DNA of 64,000 nucleotides from a virus (lineage: Duplodnaviria > Caudoviricetes): IMG/VR virus record IMGVR_UViG_2634166464_000002, positions 1 to 64,000 of that record. One strand, 5' to 3'. A program made the translations under genes and the position numbers. This document shows, piece by piece, positions 17,163 through 25,527 of the stretch (the stretch's first letter is position 1; each line of letters starts with the position of its first letter). The notes under the pieces are model-generated. The model ran no database searches and had not been told where the DNA came from. It saw only the letters and a list, made by a program, of their open reading frames with translations.

Positions 17163-17559
17163 ATCCTTCGCGCGCGGATACACTAACCTGGTACCGGAGT
17201 AAGGATTCTTGTTTGAAGGAATGGGTGCCTAGTACGTCGATGTAGCGCTCTACGATTCAGGTACTAGCGCTACCTGGATACAGCGTAGTGGCTCACCCCG
17301 CGCGTGCGCGCGAGCTCCCCCCTACCCCCCAACCCGGCTTGTGTCGGGGAGGCCACACAGCCACAAGATGTTGTGGCTGCACGGAACGGCAACGCTCATT
17401 GTGCGTTGCACCGTCGCCAATCGGGGGATCTCCATGCCGAGCACGTTACCCGATTGAGGCCCCTCGCGCCCGCATGCAGGCCGAGGGGCTTTCCATTTGT
17501 GGCGCAGCAGCTCGCCGCAGGCAAGGCCGCGGGGCCCTGAATTTTGCCGCCCTCCCCGC

Positions 17560-17589
17560 TTGACGGGGAACGCTTGCCCCAAATACCCT
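17560..17589 (+). promoter_or_regulatory. PL-like promoter with 18-bp operator (17564-17581)
   Basis: TTGACG at 17560 overlapped by CGGGGAA-CGCT-TGCCCCA, the same 7-4-7 consensus as the OR sites. Confidence 0.7.
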
Positions 17590-17612
17590 AACGGAAAGTT
17601 TAGGGGGGTCAC

Positions 17613-17900
17613 ATGCGCGCTTCGACCAGAAGGGACGTTCCCATCCCGGCATCTACCCGCTCCAGCCCGACATCGCACCCGCTCTTTCAGGCGGTGATCC
17701 GAGAGATCGAGGACATGTGCGAGTGCAAGGGACGGCTCGCAGCAGCGAACCATTGCGAAGACATCTGGGACACCATTCAGGCACTCGCCGAGATCGCGCG
17801 CGAGCAGCCGTCGTGGTTTCGTGCGGAGCCCGAGGAACTGCAGGCGTTTGCTGACTGGCTGCGCCGTCGTGCAGGCGAGTTGCGCCGTTCGGTTGCATGA
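17613..17900 (+). CDS. Hypothetical protein, first gene of recombination operon
   Basis: ATG after G-rich RBS downstream of PL. Confidence 0.55.
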   Translation: MRASTRRDVPIPASTRSSPTSHPLFQAVIREIEDMCECKGRLAAANHCEDIWDTIQALAEIAREQPSWFRAEPEELQAFADWLRRRAGELRRSVA

Positions 17901-17901
17901 C

Positions 17902-18249
17902 ATGCCAACACTCGAGGTCGTCAATGCGGCCGAACCGGTCTCCACCGAGGCTGCGCTCGCCGAACTGCTCGCGAAGAGCGACGTCGATCTCGGTGATGAG
18001 CAGGCCGTGCTTGCCGTTCTCGCCGGCCATGGGATTCGGCCCTGGCAGGTCACCCTGCGTTCGCTCGGGCCCATTCTCGCCGAAGCGCACAATATCCGGA
18101 CCTGGAGCAAGATGATGCGCGCCATGGCGGCGCGGGCCCTGGTCCTGATCGCTCTCCTGCTCGGCACGATTGGTCTCATTTCGAGTCTCGCGTCGGGACC
18201 ACTCGCGGCCGAGCACGGAGCCCTCACGCTTCTCGACGGAGGCTGGTGA
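17902..18249 (+). CDS. Hypothetical membrane protein
   Basis: C-terminal hydrophobic helix. Confidence 0.55.
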   Translation: MPTLEVVNAAEPVSTEAALAELLAKSDVDLGDEQAVLAVLAGHGIRPWQVTLRSLGPILAEAHNIRTWSKMMRAMAARALVLIALLLGTIGLISSLASGPLAAEHGALTLLDGGW

Positions 18250-18632
18250 TGACGACGATCACGCCAGGTCGCGACGCAGCGCAACGCATGCTCGCGCGCC
18301 TGGATGAAGAGATCGAGAGGCAAGTCGCGCTCGGTGCCCCGCCGCACTCGATCGAGGTCACGCGGGCGCTCATGCGCGCCACGCTGACGAGCCTTGGCGA
18401 CATGATCGATCGGGAAGCCGATGTCCCCGAGATGATGGCAGCTTTCGAGATCGCCTTTACGGAAGCGATCACGACGATGCTGCGAACCGTGCTCGCTCAA
18501 CAGGCGGTCATGACGCCAGATGCCGCTGCTCCTGTCCTGCTGCTGCATATCCTGCGCGGCGTCGAAAGGCGGCTCGAGGGCGAGCCGTGGGGCGCGGAAG
18601 CCATCCACTACCCGGAGATAGGCCACGCATGA
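18246..18632 (+). CDS. Hypothetical protein
   Basis: GGAGG RBS, coupled ORF. Confidence 0.65.
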   Translation: MMTTITPGRDAAQRMLARLDEEIERQVALGAPPHSIEVTRALMRATLTSLGDMIDREADVPEMMAAFEIAFTEAITTMLRTVLAQQAVMTPDAAAPVLLLHILRGVERRLEGEPWGAEAIHYPEIGHA

Positions 18633-19549
18633 GCGCTGGAGCCGCCGTTGCCCACAAGGAATGGGACTATTGGATCTCCGCGTTGCGCGGCGAGCCGCTG
18701 GAGCTCACGGTTGGCAAAGCCGAATGGGGATTCTACCGACACCGCACGCGCAGCGGCCAGATGATCCCGCTGCAGATCTGGCGGGACGAATGCGGGCTCC
18801 GCGTGAAATGGGGCCCGAACCGGCCGACGACCGTGCTCGACGAGGAGGAATTTTGCGAGAGGGTCTTCTGCTACTGTTGCAGGCACCCGGTCACGGCAGA
18901 GTGGTATGATTACTGGCTGAAGGCCTATGCCGAAGAAGGCGCCGGCCGCTGGCCCGACGAAGCTCCTCCTCCCGCGGTCTCGAAATCGAACCTGCCGGCG
19001 GATCCATTCGAAGCGCTGAAAGTCGAGGTCGAGAGCGAGCTCGCCGAGCTCGAGGCAGCGCTCAAGCCCGGGATCGCCGACGATGTGGGCGCAACTCGAT
19101 TCGGCAACTGGCGCCTGCGGTTTGCCCAGGCCTGGAAGCGCCTCGAGGAACTCCGGAAGACGGAGAAGAAACCGCACGACGACGCTGCTCGCGCGATCCA
19201 GGAGAAGTACCTGCCGGTCCAGGCGCTCGCGAAGAAAGGCGAGGATCTCATCAAGGGAGCGCTCACGAAGCACCTGCAGCTGCAGGCGAAGCTCGCACGC
19301 GAGGCGATGCCCTCCCCCGCCAATGATGAGCCGGCGCCGAAGCCGGCTGTGCAGACGGTCGCACGCAGGGTCTCGCTCACCACCACCTGGCGCGCGGAGA
19401 TCGTCGATTACCACGCGGCGCTCGCGGCCCTGCGGGACCACCCCGACGTGAAGGCAACCGTGCAGCGAATTGCCGATGCCGCCGCGCGATCGAAGGAGAA
19501 GCAGCCGATTCCCGGCGTCACCTTCGTCGAAAGCTCATCCGCCCGCTGA
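18629..19549 (+). CDS. Recombination-module coiled-coil protein (Gam/Gp157-like C-terminus)
   Basis: 'LEELRKTEKKPH', 'SLTTTWRAEIVDY', 'IPGVTF'; directly upstream of RecT. Confidence 0.5.
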   Translation: MSAGAAVAHKEWDYWISALRGEPLELTVGKAEWGFYRHRTRSGQMIPLQIWRDECGLRVKWGPNRPTTVLDEEEFCERVFCYCCRHPVTAEWYDYWLKAYAEEGAGRWPDEAPPPAVSKSNLPADPFEALKVEVESELAELEAALKPGIADDVGATRFGNWRLRFAQAWKRLEELRKTEKKPHDDAARAIQEKYLPVQALAKKGEDLIKGALTKHLQLQAKLAREAMPSPANDEPAPKPAVQTVARRVSLTTTWRAEIVDYHAALAALRDHPDVKATVQRIADAAARSKEKQPIPGVTFVESSSAR

Positions 19550-19557
19550 GAGGTCAA

Positions 19558-20916
19558 ATGAACGCACCGATGGTCGTCGAGCCTGCGCACCCGAACGTCG
19601 CAACCCTCACCGCATCAAGCACCGTGCATGCGATCGTGCCGCAGACGTTTGATGACGTCTGGCGCATGGCGCAGCTCCTCGCCAAGAGCGGGCTCGTGCC
19701 GTACGGGATGAACACTCCGGAGAAGCTCGCCGTCGCGATCATGCACGGGCTCGAGCTCGGCGTGAAACCGCTCCAGGCGATTCAAGGCATTGCGGTCATC
19801 AATGGCATGCCTCGGATATGGGGCGACCTGGCGCTCGCCGTCGTACGCTCGTCGCGTGAGCTCGAGCGGTTCAAGGAATGGCATGAGGGGCCTGAGCCAC
19901 AGGATTGGGAGCGCCCGCAAGGCGACGAGCTCAACTACAAAGCCCTGTGCCTGGTGAAGCGCAAAGGCGAGGAAGAGATCGTCGCCGAGTTCTCGATCCG
20001 GGACGCGCAGATTGCAAAACTGTGGATGAAGCGCGGAGGCCAGGCCGGCGACAAAGATACGCCTTGGGTGACAAACCCCAAGCGGATGCTCAAGATGAGA
20101 GCGCGAGGCTTCGCGCTGCGCGACACCTTCGCGGACGTGCTCAAGGGCATGTTGATCGCGGAGGAACTGATTGGCTCGGAAGAAGAGGTGGACTATACGC
20201 CCGTCAACACCGAGCCTCCGCGCCCGCCGCGGATCGCACTCGCGGAAACGCAAACCGAGATCGCTGCAACAACTGCCCCTGTTGCAGCGGTGGACGACGC
20301 CGGGGTCGGTTCACCAGCCCCCCAGCCAATGAAGGCCCCGGCGTCGGCCCCTTCTCCCGAGCCCGAGGATGAGTTCGATCCCGAGGCTGCCCTGACGGAG
20401 ATCGAGGAGCACTGCGCCGCAGCGCAAACCGCGAAGGACGTCGAAGAGATCCGCGACTTGTTCTCGGACGACTGGGAGCGCTTCACCCGCACGCAGCAGG
20501 AGAAGGCCGATTACCTCCTCGAAGAGGCGCTGAAGCGCATCACCAAGCCGAAGCGCGAGTCCCGCAGGAAGACCGCGGCCGAGCGCGAGGAGGGCCGCAA
20601 GCGTGTCGAGTCTGCCGGCGGGAAAGGCGCCCGCGAATATCTCGATGACGATCGCGCCGACGACGACCTGGCCCAGAGCGTCGAGCAGGATCCGTTCGCG
20701 ATCGTCGAGACCTTCGATAACGAGGAGGCCTGGGCCGCGCATATCCGCCGTGCCATCGCTGCCGCCTCGAGCGTGGAGCACATCGAGAAGCTGAAAGCCG
20801 TCTGGAACGCTACGAAGGCCTTCCGGCAGGCTGCGGTCTCCCCTCCCCTGCGCACGGAGGTGCAGAAGGAGGCGGTCGCGAAGATGGACGAGATCGCGCA
20901 AGCCGCGGATGGCTAG
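19558..20916 (+). CDS. recT: RecT/Red-beta family ssDNA annealing protein
   Basis: 'LAKSGLVP', 'AIMHGLELGVKPLQAIQGIAVING.P.IWGD', 'PWVTNPKRMLKMRARGFALRDTFADVLKG'. Confidence 0.85.
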   Translation: MNAPMVVEPAHPNVATLTASSTVHAIVPQTFDDVWRMAQLLAKSGLVPYGMNTPEKLAVAIMHGLELGVKPLQAIQGIAVINGMPRIWGDLALAVVRSSRELERFKEWHEGPEPQDWERPQGDELNYKALCLVKRKGEEEIVAEFSIRDAQIAKLWMKRGGQAGDKDTPWVTNPKRMLKMRARGFALRDTFADVLKGMLIAEELIGSEEEVDYTPVNTEPPRPPRIALAETQTEIAATTAPVAAVDDAGVGSPAPQPMKAPASAPSPEPEDEFDPEAALTEIEEHCAAAQTAKDVEEIRDLFSDDWERFTRTQQEKADYLLEEALKRITKPKRESRRKTAAEREEGRKRVESAGGKGAREYLDDDRADDDLAQSVEQDPFAIVETFDNEEAWAAHIRRAIAAASSVEHIEKLKAVWNATKAFRQAAVSPPLRTEVQKEAVAKMDEIAQAADG

Positions 20917-21367
20917 GCGCCGATCCGAGACTGAGCGCACGACCGTGTGGCTGGTGAGACAGCCGCACGGGCTCGTCGCCGCGAGCGCTTTGGACCTCGA
21001 GGTGATCGAGCGTTATCGGATCGGTGCCAGGCTCACCTGCTATATCGAGCCACAGCGTCGGGACGAGGTACTCTACCGACGCTACCGCGCGATCGTCTCC
21101 AAGGTCGCAAAGGCCTTCGGCATCGACCACGATTCCCTGCATTGGCGCCTGCGTCTCAAATGCGGGTTGCACCGGGAGCTGCGCGAGCTCGACGGCGCGG
21201 TCTCGATCATCCCGCGCTCGACGACCGAACTCCAGGACGATGAGTTCAGGGCGTATTTCGATCGCGCCATGGTCGTCCTCATCGACGAGCTCGGAGTTCC
21301 CCCGGAGGAGATCTACGGGCCCGACACCTGGCACCAGGCCGGCATCAAGCACACGCTCGAGGACTGA
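20909..21367 (+). CDS. NinB/DUF1367-like recombination accessory protein
   Basis: 'LHWRLRLKCG...IIPRST.ELQDDEF..YFDRA' and position after RecT. Confidence 0.55.
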   Translation: MARRRSETERTTVWLVRQPHGLVAASALDLEVIERYRIGARLTCYIEPQRRDEVLYRRYRAIVSKVAKAFGIDHDSLHWRLRLKCGLHRELRELDGAVSIIPRSTTELQDDEFRAYFDRAMVVLIDELGVPPEEIYGPDTWHQAGIKHTLED

Positions 21368-21376
21368 GGAGACCGC

Positions 21377-21655
21377 ATGATTCCGCTCATGTTCATCGGG
21401 ATTACCGTTGGCGCGCTCACGATCGCGCTGATGCCGACGGAGTGGCTCTTCGCCATCGTGGCGGCTCCGATGGTCGCGTCGTTGGCAGTGCTCGCGGTCG
21501 GCGGATTCCTAGCGCTCTTCGGGCTCAGTAGCAGTCCGGACAGCCGTCGCAATACTGGCCGCACTGCCAGCAATATCGTTCCTCTGGCGGAGTATCGTCC
21601 TCGAGGCGATCGGCGGCCGAAGCCGCGACGAGATCGAGAAACATACCCTCGGTGA
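21377..21655 (+). CDS. Two-TM membrane protein
   Basis: Hydrophobic N-terminal half, GAGGAG RBS. Confidence 0.6.
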   Translation: MIPLMFIGITVGALTIALMPTEWLFAIVAAPMVASLAVLAVGGFLALFGLSSSPDSRRNTGRTASNIVPLAEYRPRGDRRPKPRRDRETYPR

Positions 21656-21715
21656 TCTGCACGGCTCCGTGCTCCAGGATCGCTGCAGCCAGCGCCCTGC
21701 CCCGCTCAACCCGCG

Positions 21716-22066
21716 TCACTGGACGAGCCGCAGCCTCGGCCTGAGCCTCTCGACTGTCGCCGCGTGACCCCTCTCCGCTTGTTCCCATGTCGAGTACCTC
21801 TCAACGTAGCCGTTCTCGGGATGGTCATCGTCGGCGAAGACCATCGTTTCGAAGAGTAGCGGCGGGCCATCCATGAACCCGTGGTCGAGCCCGAGGAAGA
21901 CGGTCGACACCTCGATGTCAGGGCCGACCTTCGTCTTCGCCACAACCCGGTTCTCGAAACTCTGATGCCACTCCGCCCACTGGAGGAGCGACGGCTCGTC
22001 GTTCGCCAGGGGCCTCGGTACCTTGTCGATCAGGATCCAGTAAAAGGGACGACGTCTGGGTGACAT
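21716..22066 (-). CDS. Conserved hypothetical phage protein
   Basis: 'VSTVFLGLDH...PPLLFETMVF...RYSTWEQAE.GH' motif common in phages. Confidence 0.75.
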   Translation of the reverse strand: MSPRRRPFYWILIDKVPRPLANDEPSLLQWAEWHQSFENRVVAKTKVGPDIEVSTVFLGLDHGFMDGPPLLFETMVFADDDHPENGYVERYSTWEQAERGHAATVERLRPRLRLVQ

Positions 22067-22139
22067 GAGCCCCTTTTAGCACGGCAGAACCGACGAAAGG
22101 AAACCGGCCGCGCGACTAGCTCGCCCCCTCCCCTTCCCC

Positions 22140-22919
22140 TCATGGTCGCCGAACTGGCGTGTAGAAGCGGGCGAACCGCCCTGCCCGCAAGGCCTCGGCC
22201 GACAAAGGTTTGACAGGCGCGACCGCGATCACCGGCATCGGAGGATCGGCCGCGGGCTTCGGCTCAAATCGCCCATAAGCAACCAAGGGTTTTCTTGTGG
22301 GTTTTTCCATTGACGGGAGTGTAACCACAATCGTCTCAGGAACAGTCTCCAATAACCCCTTCGAAGAAAACCCCCGGTTGCTTATGGGTGATTTGCGAAC
22401 CGCCGAATCGCGGCGCTTGCAGGGCCGGGTATTGGCTGCCGAGAAGATTGCCTCCAGCTCAGGCGCAAAGCGATACCAAGCCACCCGGCGCCGGATGCCA
22501 TCCTCGCCTCGGACATGCCCGCTGTCGGGGTTCAGGCGAACGATGATGCCAGCTTCCACCAGCGTCTTGATGGCTCCGCGGATCTGGGCCTCGGTCTGGC
22601 CGAGCTCGGCGCAGTCCTTCAAGCCCCCGAGACTCCCGAGCCCCTTGCGATCCTGTGTGCGGCGCACGATCGGGAACGGCTCTCCGAGCTTCTTCGGACT
22701 CGACCAGTAGCGCGCCAGGAATCGCAGGAGCGCGGCAGCCTCGGCGCGGTTGCCCCTTTTCTCCAGGAGCGGTGCGATGAACTCGATCGCCTCGTGCGGG
22801 ATCCGATAGGGACCACACGTGCGGCTGACGTGGAAGGCTCGCCCAAGCGGGCGCCGCCCGCGGCGCACCGGCAGCGGGCTGACGGCTGCGGATGCAGCCT
22901 TGGCATAGTTGATGGGCAT
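22140..22919 (-). CDS. Putative plasmid replication initiator (winged HTH)
   Basis: 'ELGQTEAQIRGAIKTLVEAGIIVR...WYRF' wHTH; A/T-tract-rich internal stretch about 22270-22400; ctRNA-like element upstream; par module nearby. Confidence 0.55.
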   Translation of the reverse strand: MPINYAKAASAAVSPLPVRRGRRPLGRAFHVSRTCGPYRIPHEAIEFIAPLLEKRGNRAEAAALLRFLARYWSSPKKLGEPFPIVRRTQDRKGLGSLGGLKDCAELGQTEAQIRGAIKTLVEAGIIVRLNPDSGHVRGEDGIRRRVAWYRFAPELEAIFSAANTRPCKRRDSAVRKSPISNRGFSSKGLLETVPETIVVTLPSMEKPTRKPLVAYGRFEPKPAADPPMPVIAVAPVKPLSAEALRAGRFARFYTPVRRP

Positions 22920-22978
22920 CGGTCCTTCAGGACCGCTTCACGCAGGCAATGGGGAACCGTTCGGAGAGAAGATCTCCG

Positions 22979-23083
22979 TTGACTCGACCAGCGATGTCAG
23001 GGATGATCGCCATTGCAGCGGGGCGACCAACCCTACGGAATTCGGGCCTTCGAAGTTACCAGCTTCGGAGGCCTTTCCATTTT
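22979..23083 (+). ncRNA. Countertranscribed antisense RNA (repC-type ctRNA-like) with promoter and terminator
   Basis: TTGACT(22979)-17bp-GATGAT; 11-bp stem GGCCTTCGAAG/CTTCGGAGGCC (23045-23073) followed by TTTCCATTTT; antisense to rep leader. Confidence 0.6.
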
Positions 23084-23228
23084 CAGCGTCTCGCGGCTAT
23101 CCCGCCTCCTCTGAAAGTTTCGAATCGTCCTGCGCGGATTCGCGCAGGCGTCGCCCATGAGGGCTCACGTTGGGGAAACGGTCAAGCCCATTGTCCCCAG
23201 CAATTTGAGATGATCACGCGCGGAGTCG

Positions 23229-23244
23229 TTAAGAAACCCGTAAC
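23229..23244. promoter_or_regulatory. CtrA-like binding site upstream of rep
   Basis: TTAA-N7-GTAAC, one mismatch to TTAA-N7-TTAAC; adjacent GANTC at 23223. Confidence 0.4.
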
Positions 23245-23251
23245 GATCGGG

Positions 23252-23503
23252 TCAGCAGGCCTCGTAACCGCGCTTGATTTTGCGACGGGCGAGCAGCTCC
23301 AGCGCTTCGGTCGCAGCCTCTTCGGTCGGGTGCTCGTCGATCTTGCGCTGCCCCTCCCCTCCCCTGCCCAGTCGCCCCCAGCGCCGCTCGACCAAGTGGT
23401 AGCCGAACAAATCGAGATGCACCGAGATCTCGTAGAACCGGTTCATGTTCCGCTCGGGATCGATGCGGCGGAGGTAGACGGAGTGGCGGGGCTCTTCTGA
23501 CAT
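23252..23503 (-). CDS. WGR domain protein
   Basis: 'LRRIDPERNMNRFY....DLFG...RRWGRLGR.G...K.KRGY'. Confidence 0.9.
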   Translation of the reverse strand: MSEEPRHSVYLRRIDPERNMNRFYEISVHLDLFGYHLVERRWGRLGRGGEGQRKIDEHPTEEAATEALELLARRKIKRGYEAC

Positions 23504-23586
23504 GGCGCCAGAAGACTCCCGGCTGGATTCGGCGTCAAGAACCGGCCTGGGCCCCGGCTACGACGTCTGTGAATGACCGTAATCCC

Positions 23587-23986
23587 TGCAATCAGATCAC
23601 TGCACCCATTGAGATCACTGCGGTGATCTCGGTGACTGCCTTGACCGACAAGGCCTTAGTCACCGCAGCCAATCAGATCACTGCAGTGAAGTCGTGCTGT
23701 GATCTCGGTAACTGAGGTCAGGTAAGGGACTGCAGTCACCGACATGATGGCAGTGTCAGCTGTGACCTGAGCCAAGGCAGCCAAGGCAGCCAAGGCAGCC
23801 AAGTCAGTGGCCGCAGCCAATGGCGTGACTGCATTCAATGACGTCAATGAATTCATTGGCTTCAATCCGGTCATGCCAGCCACTGCGGTCACGGCAGTGA
23901 TGCCTTTACCTGATGTTAAGAACCTCATGGCATTGGTCGACCTCACCGCAGTAACGGCAAGGAGGTCGTTCATGGCAGTAATTCCG
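23587..23986. repeat. Degenerate 9-bp-period array (about 44 units), candidate centromere and par operator
   Basis: 32 units in one phase (23699-23986) and 12 in a phase shifted by 4 bp (23587-23694); best cores TGCATTCA-a-TGACGTCA-a-TGAATTCA-t-TGGCTTCA; includes (GCCAAGGCA)x3. Confidence 0.8.
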
Positions 23987-24661
23987 TTTGTTTCCAGCAA
24001 GGGCGGGGCCGGCAAATCGACCTCTGCCCTGATCCTCGCCACCCAGCTAGCCGCCCGTGGCAGCAAGGTGACGGTCCTCGACTGCGATCAGAACCAGCAC
24101 TGCGCTGAGTGGTACGCCGAGGCCAAGAACAAGAGCGTCGCAGTCGTGGGGGACATCACCTACAAGACCGTGGTCGAGGAGATCGAAAAGGCCCATCAGG
24201 TGTCCGACGTCGTGATCGTCGATCTGCAGGGTAGCCAGAACATGACCGCGTCCCGCGCGATCTCCCGCGCCACGATGGTATTGATTCCGCTCGGGGCTAC
24301 CCACCTGGACGCGAAGGAAGCCACGAAATCGGTCGGCCTCGTGCAGGACGAGGAGGTCGTGCTGCGGCGGGCCGTTCCCTACCGTGCTTTCTTCACAAAG
24401 TGCCGCCCGAAGCCCACGATCGAGGAACGGAAGATCAAGGACAACCTGTTGGGCCTCGGCGTTCCGATGCTCCAGACCCGTCTTCTGAGCCGCGTGGCTT
24501 ACGAGAACCTGTTCAGTTACGCAGTCTCGCTGTCGGACTATGCCGACCAAGGCGTCGGGGTCAGCGGCGTTGAGGAGGCGATCAGGAACGCGGACGAATT
24601 CGTGGACGACGTCGTGGCGGCGCTGAACGACCTCGACGGAGACGCGAGGGCCGCAGCATGA
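23972..24661 (+). CDS. parA: ParA Walker-type partition ATPase (type Ib, no N-terminal HTH)
   Basis: 'SSKGGAGKST', 'VLDCDQNQ', 'VIVDLQG'; AAGGAGG RBS before ATG 23972. Confidence 0.92.
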   Translation: MAVIPFVSSKGGAGKSTSALILATQLAARGSKVTVLDCDQNQHCAEWYAEAKNKSVAVVGDITYKTVVEEIEKAHQVSDVVIVDLQGSQNMTASRAISRATMVLIPLGATHLDAKEATKSVGLVQDEEVVLRRAVPYRAFFTKCRPKPTIEERKIKDNLLGLGVPMLQTRLLSRVAYENLFSYAVSLSDYADQGVGVSGVEEAIRNADEFVDDVVAALNDLDGDARAAA

Positions 24662-25083
24662 GCGAGAATGCGGAGAGGAAGGTTCTGGCCATTCCGAGGA
24701 AGCGAGAACTCCCGCCACCCGCCCAGTTGGAGGTCGTCGACCAGGTCGCAATCGAGAGCGGCTGGGGGCAGGGCGCAATGGGGGAGGGGGAGCCCCCTCC
24801 CGCTTCCCGGCCAGAGCCGCCCGTGGCGCCGACAGCGGCCCCGAAGAAGCCGAGAGCCCAGAGACCTGCCCAAGAGCAGCCTGCGGCCCCGGTAGCGCCT
24901 CTCGTCGCCATGCCAATGCGGCGCCGGAAGCAGGTCGATGAACCGACGATGAGCTTCACGGCCCGCGTTTCGATCCGCTCCGGTAACGCCTTCATCGAGT
25001 GGTGCCACGAGGAGAGGATCTCCTACCGCGAGGGGTTCGATTACCTGATGGATCTGCTCGCGAAGGAGCGGGCAGGGCAGTGA
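24658..25083 (+). CDS. RHH centromere-binding protein (ParG-like)
   Basis: Disordered Pro-rich N-terminus with basic patch; C-terminal 'PTMSFTARVS...FIEWCHEERISYREGFDYLMD'; coupled to parA. Confidence 0.7.
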   Translation: MSENAERKVLAIPRKRELPPPAQLEVVDQVAIESGWGQGAMGEGEPPPASRPEPPVAPTAAPKKPRAQRPAQEQPAAPVAPLVAMPMRRRKQVDEPTMSFTARVSIRSGNAFIEWCHEERISYREGFDYLMDLLAKERAGQ

Positions 25084-25142
25084 CATCAGCCAATGAAGTC
25101 AATGCATTCAATGACGCCAATGAAGTCGTGGAATTCAGGGCA
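25080..25142. repeat. Second short 9-bp-period array
   Basis: TGAAGTCA-a-TGCATTCA-a-TGACGCCA-a-TGAAGTCG-t-GGAATTCA; 21 of 22 bp identical to 23830-23851. Confidence 0.8.
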
Positions 25143-25514
25143 ATGGCAGATCAACAGTCTCAGGGGGTAGAGCCCAAGGCCGTGCCAAGGCGCAATCGCG
25201 GGACGCCTGAGCAGGTCCACAACTTCACGATGCGCCTGCATCGGGATGATGTGGAGAAGTTCATTCGCTTCTGCGAGCACAAGCGTCTTAGCTACAGGGA
25301 GGGGTTCGCGCTCCTCCTTGAGCGGATGCGCGAGGCGCACAGCCGCGACGCGCAGGAGCGCATCTACAAGAATGACCTGTCGGAGGAGCCGACCGTTCCG
25401 CTCTCGATCCGACCGCCGCTGAGTGTCGCGAACCGCTTCGTAGCGTACTGCAAGGCGAACCGGCTCGCATACTGGGAAGGGCTCTCAGAGCTCATGGACA
25501 AGGCTAAGGTATAA
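25143..25514 (+). CDS. Tandem RHH protein paralogous to the centromere-binding protein
   Basis: Two copies of the motif: 'FIRFCEHKRLSYREGF' and 'FVAYCKANRLAYWEGL'; alternative GTG start at 25080. Confidence 0.7.
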   Translation: MADQQSQGVEPKAVPRRNRGTPEQVHNFTMRLHRDDVEKFIRFCEHKRLSYREGFALLLERMREAHSRDAQERIYKNDLSEEPTVPLSIRPPLSVANRFVAYCKANRLAYWEGLSELMDKAKV

Positions 25515-25527
25515 GGGAGGAGCCTCA

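Noticed and set aside
23587-23986. CRISPR array reading of the repeats
   Set aside because: Period is 9 bp with no constant repeat and unique spacer structure, and no cas genes
23656-24066. Minus-strand 136-aa 'TAVTAV' ORF and the 55-aa N-terminal extension of ParA
   Set aside because: Both follow from a 9-bp pseudo-palindromic array; a strong RBS marks ATG 23972 and the minus ORF overlaps parA antisense
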